Assembly (NCBI GenBank): GCA_963711835.1 | Contig: CAVQFQ010000017.1 | Location: forward strand, 160,001-224,000 | Length of the DNA: 64,000 nucleotides | Reading direction: 5' to 3' | From: an uncultured delta proteobacterium | GTDB taxonomy: Bacteria; Desulfobacterota; RBG-13-43-22 | In this document: piece after piece, positions 48,070 through 56,756 of the stretch | Layout of the letters: the number at the start of each line of letters is the position of its first letter | How positions within the stretch are numbered: position 1 is the stretch's first letter | Program-made: the position numbers and the translations under genes | The notes under the pieces: generated by a model | Told to the model about the DNA's origin: nothing | What the model saw: the letters and a program-made list of their open reading frames with translations, nothing else | Databases searched by the model: none

Positions 48070-49491
48070 ATGAAGGATATTTTTTTAACCGGACCGAAAA
48101 ACCCGGTAAAAGTCCAGGACAATACCTTCCGGGATGGCCATCAATCCCTTTTGGCCACCCGGATGAAAACCGAAGATATGATACCCATTGCCGAGCAGAT
48201 GGACGAGGTGGGTTTTTGGGCCATGGAGGTCTGGGGCGGGGCGACCTTTGACACCATGCACCGCTTTCTGGAAGAGGACCCCTTTGAAAGGCTTCGGACC
48301 CTGAAAAAATACATCAAGAAAACCCCCCTGACCATGCTCCTGCGGGGGCAGAACCTGGTGGGCTACCGCAATTATGCCGATGACGTTTGTCGGCTCTTTG
48401 TGGATAAATCCTGCGAGGCCGGTATGGATGTCTTCCGTGTTTTTGACGCCCTGAACGATTTTCGAAACTTTGAAACCTGCGTAGAGCGCATCAAGGCCAA
48501 TGGCAAACATTTCCAGGCCGCCATCTGCTATTCCTTAACCGAACGCCGTCTGGGCGGGCCGGTTTTTAATATGGACTATTATGTCAACAAGGCCAAGGAA
48601 CTGGAGGCCATGGGGGCCGATACCCTGTGTATCAAAGACATGGCCGGCATTATTGCCCCCTATGACATAGCCGAACTGGTTCTGGAACTTAAAAAATATA
48701 TCAAGATACCCATTCACCTCCATACCCACTACACCAGCGGCATGGCGTCCATGACCTATTTAAAGGCCATCGAGGCCGGGGTGGATATCATCGACACCTG
48801 TCTGGCCCCTTTTGCCTTAAGGACCTCCCAACCGGCCATTGAACCGTTGGTGGCGGCCTTGAGGGGAACGTCGCGGGATCCGGAATTCGACCTGAACAAG
48901 CTCTTGGAGCTGGGAGAGCACCTGGAGTCCATTGCCCACAAGTACGGCAATTTTCTGGCCACCAATCGCCTGTCGGTCATTGACACGGCCGTTCTGGTCC
49001 ACCAGGTTCCGGGCGGGATGATCTCCAATCTGGTCAGCCAGCTTAAGGAGGCCAAGGCCCTGCACCGGTTGCAGGAGGTCTATGCCGAGGTGCCGGTGAC
49101 CCGGAAAGAATTGGGCACTGCACCGCTGGTCACCCCGACCTCACAAATCGTCGGGGTCCAGGCGGTGATGAACGTCCTCTTGGGAAAGTATAAGATGGTT
49201 ACCAACCAGGTTAAGGATCTGGTTTACGGGCTCTACGGAAAAACCCCGACCCCCATAGATCCGGAGGTCCAGAAAATCGTGCTCAAGAATTATAAGCGCG
49301 GCCAGACGCCGGTCACCGGCCGGGCCGCCGATTATCTGGAACCGGAACTGGAGGGAGCCAGAAAAAAGATCGGAACCCTGGCCAAGGATGATTACGACCT
49401 GCTGGTCTATGCCTTATACCCGACCACGGGAGAACAATTTCTAAAGAAAAAGTACGGGCTGGAAGAAAAACAGCAACAGGCCTCTGCTTAA
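48070..49491 (+). CDS. Pyruvate/oxaloacetate carboxyltransferase (PycB/OadA/transcarboxylase 5S type) without a biotin carrier domain
   Basis: RDGHQS, EVWGGATFD, MLLRGQNL, IKDMAG, HTH, LVTPTSQ. No MKM biotinyl motif. Confidence 0.9.
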   Translation: MKDIFLTGPKNPVKVQDNTFRDGHQSLLATRMKTEDMIPIAEQMDEVGFWAMEVWGGATFDTMHRFLEEDPFERLRTLKKYIKKTPLTMLLRGQNLVGYRNYADDVCRLFVDKSCEAGMDVFRVFDALNDFRNFETCVERIKANGKHFQAAICYSLTERRLGGPVFNMDYYVNKAKELEAMGADTLCIKDMAGIIAPYDIAELVLELKKYIKIPIHLHTHYTSGMASMTYLKAIEAGVDIIDTCLAPFALRTSQPAIEPLVAALRGTSRDPEFDLNKLLELGEHLESIAHKYGNFLATNRLSVIDTAVLVHQVPGGMISNLVSQLKEAKALHRLQEVYAEVPVTRKELGTAPLVTPTSQIVGVQAVMNVLLGKYKMVTNQVKDLVYGLYGKTPTPIDPEVQKIVLKNYKRGQTPVTGRAADYLEPELEGARKKIGTLAKDDYDLLVYALYPTTGEQFLKKKYGLEEKQQQASA

Positions 49492-49506
49492 ACCCTGCCT
49501 TTCCCG

Positions 49507-49539
49507 GGATCCCTTCCCTTTTGGCAGGGGAAGGGATCC
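49507..49539 (+). terminator. Strong hairpin after the carboxyltransferase gene
   Basis: GGATCCCTTCCC / GGGAAGGGATCC 12-bp stem. No U-tract, so termination is uncertain. Confidence 0.45.
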
Positions 49540-49566
49540 GCTAACACCTCGGGTAGACGAACCGTT

Positions 49567-51306
49567 ATGAAGACTCGATTGGCCCTCCAGAAAGAATCCC
49601 CCAAGGTCCTTCTTCTGGCCCAACTGGACCAAATCATTCCACCTGTTAGCCAGTTTTTGTTTTCTTCCGGCAAGGCCGGCACCCTTGATCTGGCCGCCCT
49701 GGGGGAGCGCTTTGAAAAAGAGTGGGAATTTCTGGATGACCATTTGACCCAGGAAGACCGGACCCTGCTCAAGGAACTCCTGCTGCCCTCCGAACCCTAT
49801 GACTTGAAGATTGTTGAGAAACTCGGCTTCCTGGAGTCTCTTTTTCCGGCCCGGGATTCGTTCCTGGTCTGCGATCTGATCATCGCCAGGATACTTAAGG
49901 AGACCGCTTCTTCTCCGGAGCTTCAGGTTTCGCCCCAATTATTTATCGAGCTGCTTAACTTTTACAATCAGAGGATTCCGGAATTCCTGATTCTGGCCGA
50001 TGTCTTGCTCCGGATTATTTGGCCGGCCGAAAACCCGGCCATCAGGCGCGCGGTAAAAACCAAGGCCTGCGCCGTCCTCATTAATCATTTCGAGATCGAG
50101 ACCCTGATTATTTATATTTCCTGCCATCCGCAGATTCCTGAAAGGGGAAAACAGATCCTCTTCCAGAGCCTGACGGCCTTTCAGAAAATATACCGTAAGT
50201 TTCTGGAGGTGCAGGAGCAGATCGGAAATAAAAATCTTATCAGCCTGAAATGGTTTGGCGAAGACTTCGACCAGCTCAAGAAGCGGGGGGAATTTCGGGA
50301 CAGCTTTTCCAACCTGGTCAACCAGTTTTTGGAAACCCTGCGCAGCAAGAAGAAAAAGGAAGCCCTTCAGGTGGGAAGATTCCTGGTCCTTCGTTTCAAT
50401 AATGAAGACATCTTGCGCATTCTTCATATGAAAATACAGGGGGGAGACCTCCGGACGAATTTTCTGCTGACGAATTTTGTCTATCGCCAGATTCATGCCA
50501 TCATGCAGGACTTCCGCCGGGGCTATATATCTCAAAAACTGGATCAGGAACTGACCCATTTTATTGCGGAGATGGAAACCGAGAGTTTTGAATCCATGCG
50601 CATGATCACCGTCGGGAAGGTGCCGGCTCCCCTCATCCTGCAAGGGTTGGTCAAGGAGATCCGTCCGCCTCAACTGGATCCCCTCCATCCTGAATTGACG
50701 GAAAAATTAACCCAGTATCATTTGACCGCCCTTTTCGATTTATATCCGGTCAGTCTCGCGGCCCAGGAAATTCTCCTGATTGTTAGTCAAATCGCCGAGA
50801 ACCTGGAGTTGAAGAAAGAAGGGCTGGTCAAATTCATTTCCTATTTGGAACGGTTGTTGAATTTTCTTCAGCAATTGGAGGAAATGGAAATTCAAATCCG
50901 CCCCGGTCCCCTTTACGGCATTATCCTGAATCCCTTCCAGATGAACTCCCTTTCCCTGATCGAGGAAGGCGCCTATTTCGCCTCCACCGGATACTGGCTG
51001 CGGACCACCATTCCCCCCAGCCTGATCCGCTGCATCAATCCCCGGTCTATTCCCAACTGCCTGGGCGTATTGGACCGCCACATTTTTTCACGGATTTCCC
51101 TGTTGACCGGGGCCTATCGGGGAACGCCCTTTGATCTCGACAGCACCAACCGCTATGACTGGGATGAAGAACCGGAAACCTGCCAGATCCGTCCGGGATA
51201 TTTCCTGGTGGACATTCCTTCGGATTTGCTCCGATCCTGGGATAAAACCCAGGCCCTCCAAAAGGAAGCCCTTCAGGAAAAAATTAAAAAGAAGGACTGG
51301 ACGTAG
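49567..51306 (+). CDS. Hypothetical soluble protein (579 aa)
   Basis: Long ORF with host-like composition. No motif recognised. Confidence 0.75.
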   Translation: MKTRLALQKESPKVLLLAQLDQIIPPVSQFLFSSGKAGTLDLAALGERFEKEWEFLDDHLTQEDRTLLKELLLPSEPYDLKIVEKLGFLESLFPARDSFLVCDLIIARILKETASSPELQVSPQLFIELLNFYNQRIPEFLILADVLLRIIWPAENPAIRRAVKTKACAVLINHFEIETLIIYISCHPQIPERGKQILFQSLTAFQKIYRKFLEVQEQIGNKNLISLKWFGEDFDQLKKRGEFRDSFSNLVNQFLETLRSKKKKEALQVGRFLVLRFNNEDILRILHMKIQGGDLRTNFLLTNFVYRQIHAIMQDFRRGYISQKLDQELTHFIAEMETESFESMRMITVGKVPAPLILQGLVKEIRPPQLDPLHPELTEKLTQYHLTALFDLYPVSLAAQEILLIVSQIAENLELKKEGLVKFISYLERLLNFLQQLEEMEIQIRPGPLYGIILNPFQMNSLSLIEEGAYFASTGYWLRTTIPPSLIRCINPRSIPNCLGVLDRHIFSRISLLTGAYRGTPFDLDSTNRYDWDEEPETCQIRPGYFLVDIPSDLLRSWDKTQALQKEALQEKIKKKDWT

Positions 51307-51383
51307 AAGGGGCTCAAGATATCGATTCTATCCTGAATTATTTGGATTACCTCTGAGACTGATGATAGTATATTTCTAAGGCC

Positions 51384-51690
51384 ATGCCGAAACGTCCCTT
51401 TTACAAAATAATCTTCCTGACCTTTATCCTTTTATTCCTGGCCGAATATTTGGAACCTTCGACCATTGGAGTCCGGGCGGGAGTATTTCCCCCAGGCCAT
51501 GAATCCTTCTTCGCCGGATAATAACCCCTCGGCAGGAACCGCATCTTCCATCCCCCACGCCATGATCTGGGTTGCCTCTCCGGCCGGTGAAAAGCATCTC
51601 CCGGAGTCCCCTTATCTGTCAACCTGTCAATCCTTTTCCAACCAACAGTTCCGAAAAGAAATCTATCACCCTCCCCTGTTAGCCTCTTAG
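51384..51690 (+). pseudogene. Small exported-type protein ending in IYHPP, apparently frameshifted
   Basis: MPKRPFYKIIFLTFILLFLAEY in one frame, and ...KEIYHPPLLAS* in another. Confidence 0.35.
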
Positions 51691-51783
51691 ACACCTTTCT
51701 ATTCCTGTTCCGGAAGGAGATGTGGAGTCTTTCTCCGGGACCTCAGCCTTGCACCTTGAGAAGAATCACCGGGAGGGATTGCG

Positions 51784-51990
51784 ATGAAGCCTTTATCTTT
51801 AGCCGTCTTGATCGGCCTGTTAGTCCTTTTAGGCGGCGGGTTGATCTTCCTTTCTTTCGTTTTGTTGCAACTGATCTCCAAAGCCTGGGTGACGTTGATT
51901 ATTACCACCATAGGCTATCTGCTGATCTGGATTATCGTCCGCCTGTTAAGCCGGGACATGGCCTCCATTAAACACGGTTCGCCGGTTTGA
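51784..51990 (+). CDS. Small two-TM protein
   Basis: GGAGG RBS and two hydrophobic helices. Confidence 0.6.
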   Translation: MKPLSLAVLIGLLVLLGGGLIFLSFVLLQLISKAWVTLIITTIGYLLIWIIVRLLSRDMASIKHGSPV

Positions 51991-52020
51991 AATAAGGGCT
52001 GATAGTAAATGTTATAATTA

Positions 52021-52105
52021 GGGCGACCATCACCTGGACCAGAGGCACTTCAACCTGCCACATCATAAAGGAACGGGTGTAAGCGGCGGATCGGGAGCCA
52101 ACTCT
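52021..52105 (+). ncRNA. Candidate structured small RNA (family not recognised)
   Basis: GC-rich non-coding island right after an extended -10 box (TGTTATAAT, 52010-52018). Internal hairpin GGCA-CTTCAACC-TGCC, followed by a T-tract. Confidence 0.3.
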
Positions 52106-52171
52106 ATTTTAGGGGAAGTCCTTTTGAAAGGGGCGGTTGAAAGACCTTGGGAAGTGTGTTATTGATGCCCT

Positions 52172-53017
52172 ATGGAAACCGTCGTTATTGAAGGGGTAAC
52201 CCTCTATTTGAGCCATCCGGATGTCCTGACCATCGAATGGGTCGGCCAGCAGGATTTAATTGATCAGGTCCTGGCAGCCTGGCTGGTAGTCGAGGAAAGG
52301 GACCTCCCCTTACATCCCCGTCTTATCGGCAAACCGGGAGTAGGCAAAACCACCCTGGCCTATGCCGCGGCCCGCCGTTTGGACCGGGAGATTTATTTTT
52401 TTCAGGCCACCATGGACACCCGGCCGGAGGACCTGATCATCACCCCGGTCATTGCCGAGCAGGGGAAGATCCGCTATATGGCCAGCTCCCTGGTGACGGC
52501 CATGATCAAGGGCGGGGTCCTGATTCTGGATGAAGGCAATCGGATGAGCGAAAAGAGCTGGGCCTCTCTGGCTCCCCTGCTGGACAACCGCCGTTATGTG
52601 GAGTCGATTGTCACCGGCGTCAAGATCCCGGCCCAGCCCGAATTCCGCTTTTGCGCCACCATGAACGACGACGCCAGCACCTTTGAACTGCCGGAATATA
52701 TCCATTCCCGCCTCCAGCCCCAGATCTTCATCGATTTTCCGGAACCGGAGGAAGAGCGCCTTATTCTGAAAAAAAATCTCCCCTTCGCCTCGGAGGACAT
52801 TTTGGATTATGTGGTCCACTTCCTCCAACAGGCCCACCTGGTCCATGAACGCTTTACGGTCCGGGACGGCATCAATGTGGCCCGCTATGCCATCAAGCTT
52901 CTCGAGGAAAAGAAAATTCTCAGGAAGGTTCTCGGAGAAGACCGAATGGTCCGGTCCCTGAAGCTGTCGATTGAGATGATCCTGGGAGAGAAGGCCCTGA
53001 TCTATTTCCGGTTTTAA
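52172..53017 (+). CDS. MoxR/CbbQ-like AAA+ ATPase
   Basis: Walker A GKPGVGKTT, Walker B LILDEGNR, sensor TMN, Arg finger SRL. Confidence 0.85.
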   Translation: METVVIEGVTLYLSHPDVLTIEWVGQQDLIDQVLAAWLVVEERDLPLHPRLIGKPGVGKTTLAYAAARRLDREIYFFQATMDTRPEDLIITPVIAEQGKIRYMASSLVTAMIKGGVLILDEGNRMSEKSWASLAPLLDNRRYVESIVTGVKIPAQPEFRFCATMNDDASTFELPEYIHSRLQPQIFIDFPEPEEERLILKKNLPFASEDILDYVVHFLQQAHLVHERFTVRDGINVARYAIKLLEEKKILRKVLGEDRMVRSLKLSIEMILGEKALIYFRF

Positions 53018-53040
53018 AGGTTTCATCAAGATAATCCCTT

Positions 53041-53093
53041 GGTCCCTTTCCATCGCTTATCAGAAATATAAGGCCACAACTTTTGAACGATAC
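53041..53093. repeat. Half copy (D) of the 35904/58601 element
   Basis: GGTCCCTTTCCATCGCTTATCAGAAATATAAGGCCACAACTTTTGAACGATAC matches one arm. Confidence 0.65.
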
Positions 53094-53212
53094 AAATCCC
53101 TCACCCTTTCGATGGGCAGCCGGTCCTATTTGGGAAAGGGGAAGGAGGAAACATGACCCCTGTGATAAGATCCACGGTGCCTGCAAGATAAAATAGGAAA
53201 GGGAATGTTACC

Positions 53213-54661
53213 ATGGCCAACTATGATTATGACATGGGAATCATTGGAGGGGGGGCAGCGGGCCTGACCGTAGCCTCGGGAGCCGCTCAGTTGGGGGCCA
53301 AAACGCTCCTGGTGGAAAAGGAGAAGGAGCTGGGTGGGGATTGCCTGCACTATGGCTGCGTGCCCAGCAAGACGTTGATCCGAACAGCCCAGGTCTATCA
53401 TCTCCTGAAAAATGCGAAAGCCTACGGACTTCCTCCGGTGGAGGTGCCGCCTGTGGATTACGGCGAGATCAGGAAAAGGATCCAGTCGGTTATCGGCACC
53501 ATACAGAAACATGATTCTGAAGAGCGATTCTGCGGGCTTGGCGCCAAGGTAGAATTTGGGAACCCGTTATTCGTGGACGAACACGCCATCCGGCTTAATG
53601 GCGCCACCTATTCGGCCAAGAACTGGGTCATCGCCAGCGGCTCTTCGCCGGGGATCCCCCGCCTGGAAGGCCTGGACCGTACTCCCCACATCACCAACAA
53701 GGAGATCTTTTCTCTTGATCATCTCCCGAAGTCCATGATCATTTTAGGCGCCGGCCCCATGGCGATCGAAATGGCCCAGGCCTTCTGCCGCCTGGGGACC
53801 AAAGTGGCGCTGATACAGCGGAGCGGGCAGATCCTCACCAAAGAGGATAAAGATTTGGCTGATGAGGTGATGCGGGTCCTGGGTTCCGAAGGAGTCGCTT
53901 TCTATCTGAACGCCTCGGTGGTCTCCACCCGGGACCTGGGAAATGAACGGGAAGTGGTCATCAAGAATGAAACCGGCCAGGAGATTCGACTGGCGGCGGA
54001 GCAGATGCTGGTGGCCATGGGCAGGGACCCCAACCTCCAAGGGCTCGGTCTTGATCAAATCGGGGTGGTCTTTGATCGAAAGGGGTTGCAGGTGGACGAG
54101 CGATTACGGACTACCCAGAAACACATTTACGGCGCCGGCGATGTGACCGGGGCCTTTCAGTTCACCCATGCGGCAGGCTATGAGGGCGGGATCGTAATCA
54201 GTAATGCTATCTTCCATCTGCCAAGAAAGGCCGATTACACTTTCATACCCTGGTGCACCTTCACCGATCCGGAACTGGCCAGCATTGGAATGAACGAAAA
54301 GAGGGCCAAAGAAGCCGGCCTGGAGTACAGCGTCTGGACGGAAGCCTTCCTCGGCAATGATCGCAGCCTGGCGGAAGGGGAGAAAGTGGGCCGGATCAAG
54401 ATGATCCTGGACAAACACGAGAAACCTTTGGGCGTTCAGATTCTTGGCCCTCAAGCCGGGGAGTTGCTGAGCGAATGGGTGGCCGTATTAAACGGCAAGG
54501 TCAAGCTTTCCACTCTGGCCTCGGCAGTGCATCCCTATCCCACCCTGGGAGAGATTAACAAGCGGGTGGCCGGCACCTTCTTATCGCCGAAAATATTCTC
54601 GGACCGGATGAGGAAAGGACTCACCTTCTTTTTTCATTTAAAAGGGCGGGCTTGCGGATAA
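53213..54661 (+). CDS. Class I pyridine nucleotide-disulfide oxidoreductase (Lpd/MerA-like)
   Basis: IGGGAAG, GGDCLHYGCVPSK redox motif, FTDPE, HPYPT. Confidence 0.9.
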   Translation: MANYDYDMGIIGGGAAGLTVASGAAQLGAKTLLVEKEKELGGDCLHYGCVPSKTLIRTAQVYHLLKNAKAYGLPPVEVPPVDYGEIRKRIQSVIGTIQKHDSEERFCGLGAKVEFGNPLFVDEHAIRLNGATYSAKNWVIASGSSPGIPRLEGLDRTPHITNKEIFSLDHLPKSMIILGAGPMAIEMAQAFCRLGTKVALIQRSGQILTKEDKDLADEVMRVLGSEGVAFYLNASVVSTRDLGNEREVVIKNETGQEIRLAAEQMLVAMGRDPNLQGLGLDQIGVVFDRKGLQVDERLRTTQKHIYGAGDVTGAFQFTHAAGYEGGIVISNAIFHLPRKADYTFIPWCTFTDPELASIGMNEKRAKEAGLEYSVWTEAFLGNDRSLAEGEKVGRIKMILDKHEKPLGVQILGPQAGELLSEWVAVLNGKVKLSTLASAVHPYPTLGEINKRVAGTFLSPKIFSDRMRKGLTFFFHLKGRACG

Positions 54662-54737
54662 AAGAAGACCGGGAAGGGGATGGCCCCGCCGGAGGGGATG
54701 ACTCAGAAAACATCATATTAAGGGAGGAGGTCGGCAA

Positions 54738-55238
54738 ATGAAATTAGCTATGGTGGGTCTGGGTCGAATGGGCATGAATATGGCCCGGCGGCTGCTGCAG
54801 GGAGGACACGAAGTGGTGGCTTACAACCGGACGCCCCAAAAAACGGATGAATTAGCCAAGGAAGGGGCCCTGCCGGCCCACACGCTCTCGGAAGTGGTGA
54901 AAAAACTCCCCGCGCCGCGGATCATCTGGATCATGCTGCCTGCCGGGACCGCGGTGGATGACCATCTGGTCCAGCTCAAGGAGATCCTCTCGCCCGGTGA
55001 CATCATGATTGACGGTGGAAACACCTACTTCAAGGATGATATCCGGCGTGCAGAATCTCTATCGGAAAAAGAAATATCCTTTCTGGACGTCGGGGTCAGT
55101 GGCGGCATCTGGGGCCTTGAATTAGGCTACTGTCTCATGATCGGGGGGACCAGAGCCGCCTATGAAAAATTGGAGCCCCTGTTCAAGGAAGACAATTTGA
55201 CATCGGTCTCTATGGGCCAATGCTTCTCGAACCTCTAA
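54738..55238 (+). pseudogene. gnd: Truncated 6-phosphogluconate dehydrogenase (short YqeC type), N-terminal half only
   Basis: GLGRMGMNMA, DGGN, DVGVSGG..G, CLMIGG. Homology stops at LEPLFK (~55187), before the catalytic GHF.K/HNG.EY region. Confidence 0.75.
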
Positions 55239-55828
55239 CGGTTTTCCCGTTCCTTCAACCGCTTTTCCATCTCCTGCAGCAATGGTCCGCCTTCCCTCCA
55301 GAGCCGGCAACTGTTGACCAGCAGAGGGAGGCCTTCGAATTCTTCCCTGGTCTTGGGGATAGGACGCGGATCCCGGGTCTGCTGGGCCCAGAAGCCATGC
55401 AGGGCAGCCGGCCCCATGGCCAGAATCAAATGGGTCATATGGCTGCAGCCTTCTATCCCTCCGAGTTTTTTCCTTATCTCATCGCTGAAGCCGGCTGTAA
55501 TAGAAATGCCAACCACCTTTTTTACGGTATCCTGCACGGTTGGGCATTGATCATGGGGCACCTGCCGCATCTCCGCCTCGGCATCCAGAATAGTCAAAGG
55601 CCAGTTGCCGATCAGGAGGCGGACGCACATCCAATGGACCACCCCCGAAGGCCTTTCCTTGCCTTCCCAGGTATAGCCGGGCATCAGCCGTTCGTCCCTT
55701 AACCAGCCTTCGATAATGACCTGGTTATTTTCCAAGGGATAGGTTTTTATCTCAATGCGTCGCTCATGGACCGGCGCTTCCCGGATCAACGCTTGTATCC
55801 GGCTCGGGGTATTCCCTTTTTTGTCCAT
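55235..55828 (-). CDS. DUF2889 family protein
   Basis: HERRI, VHWM, CP, GGIEGCSHM and NSC motifs. Family name is from recall. Confidence 0.7.
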   Translation of the reverse strand: MDKKGNTPSRIQALIREAPVHERRIEIKTYPLENNQVIIEGWLRDERLMPGYTWEGKERPSGVVHWMCVRLLIGNWPLTILDAEAEMRQVPHDQCPTVQDTVKKVVGISITAGFSDEIRKKLGGIEGCSHMTHLILAMGPAALHGFWAQQTRDPRPIPKTREEFEGLPLLVNSCRLWREGGPLLQEMEKRLKERENR

Positions 55829-55889
55829 TAAGAATTTTCCTTTAAATTGGGGCCGATTTATCAAAGACAGGATTTTCTAAAGGAGGTGA

Positions 55890-56552
55890 TTATTCTTGAG
55901 GCGGGATGGTATGGCGGATCATCTTGCCTTCGGTCATATAGACCACCATTTCGGCGATGTTGGTGGCATGGTCGGCAATCCGCTCCAGGTATTTGGAAAT
56001 ATAGGTGATCTTGATGGCTCGGCTGATGGTGGTGTTGTCCTTGAGCATGAATAGAAGCAGTTCGTTAAAAATTTGGACGGTCAATTGGTCCACTTCATCA
56101 TCCCGATTAATGACCTCATAGGCCAGGGCCGGGTTTCGATTCAGAAAGGCCTCCAGGACATCGCGGAGCATTCCCTGGGCGATTTCAGCCATCCGGGGAA
56201 TATCCATATAGGGCTTAAGCTGGGGTTCCTGATTCAGCTCCAAGGCCCGTTCGCAGATATCCACCGCATAGTCACCCATCCGTTCCAGGTCGGTGGTGAT
56301 CTTCATGGCCGTGGTGATGAATCGCAAATCTCCGGCCGTGGGCTGGCGTAAGGCCAACAGCCGGATACACTCCTCATCGATCTCAACATCAAAGGTATTG
56401 ATCCGGGCGTCCTGGTCGATAACCTCGCGGGCCAATTCGCTGTCCCGCTCCCGGAGGGATTCTATAGAACGGCCGATGGCCTCTTCCACCAGGGATCCCA
56501 ACTTGAGGATTTTCACCCTGAGTTCCAGCAGTTCGTCTTCAAAAATGGTCAT
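55890..56552 (-). CDS. phoU: Phosphate signalling protein PhoU
   Basis: RQPTAGDLR, TDLERMGD, LERIADHATNIAE. AGGAGG RBS. Confidence 0.93.
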   Translation of the reverse strand: MTIFEDELLELRVKILKLGSLVEEAIGRSIESLRERDSELAREVIDQDARINTFDVEIDEECIRLLALRQPTAGDLRFITTAMKITTDLERMGDYAVDICERALELNQEPQLKPYMDIPRMAEIAQGMLRDVLEAFLNRNPALAYEVINRDDEVDQLTVQIFNELLLFMLKDNTTISRAIKITYISKYLERIADHATNIAEMVVYMTEGKMIRHTIPPQE

Positions 56553-56756
56553 TTTTTGTTTCCTCCTGGGGACAAGCATCTTCCCGGGTTGGATTGGGAA
56601 GAGGGGCCGGCTGCCTATAAATTTCGCAATGCTTAGGATTATAGGCTAATAAAGCCCCATATTCAATAATAACTTGGCCCGGCGGTCTTTTTTTAATCAC
56701 CACCTCCCCATGAGGCCGGTTGTGTCCGCCCCCGGCCCCATGGTATGATCCGGGGC

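Noticed and set aside
51990-52036. Fluoride riboswitch on the minus strand (GGTGATGG)
   Set aside because: The downstream pairing and GCTGATG-type elements are missing, and there is no suitable downstream gene on that strand.
52040-52060. tRNA-Sec suggested by the CTTCAA loop
   Set aside because: The loop is 8 nt, and there is no T-arm, acceptor stem or CCA.
52137-52174. Leaderless sigma70 promoter for the AAA ATPase
   Set aside because: TTGAAA is well spaced and no RBS is present, but the -10 candidate TATTGA lacks the conserved final T.
53097-53150. Moco/Tuco riboswitch (TTTGGGAAAGG)
   Set aside because: Only the 3' motif resembles it. The 5' CCGAG and CCTAAG elements are absent.
53213-54661. 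Mercuric reductase merA
   Set aside because: There is no C-terminal Cys-Cys pair, no NmerA domain and no mer genes, and it has an Lpd-like HPYPT motif.
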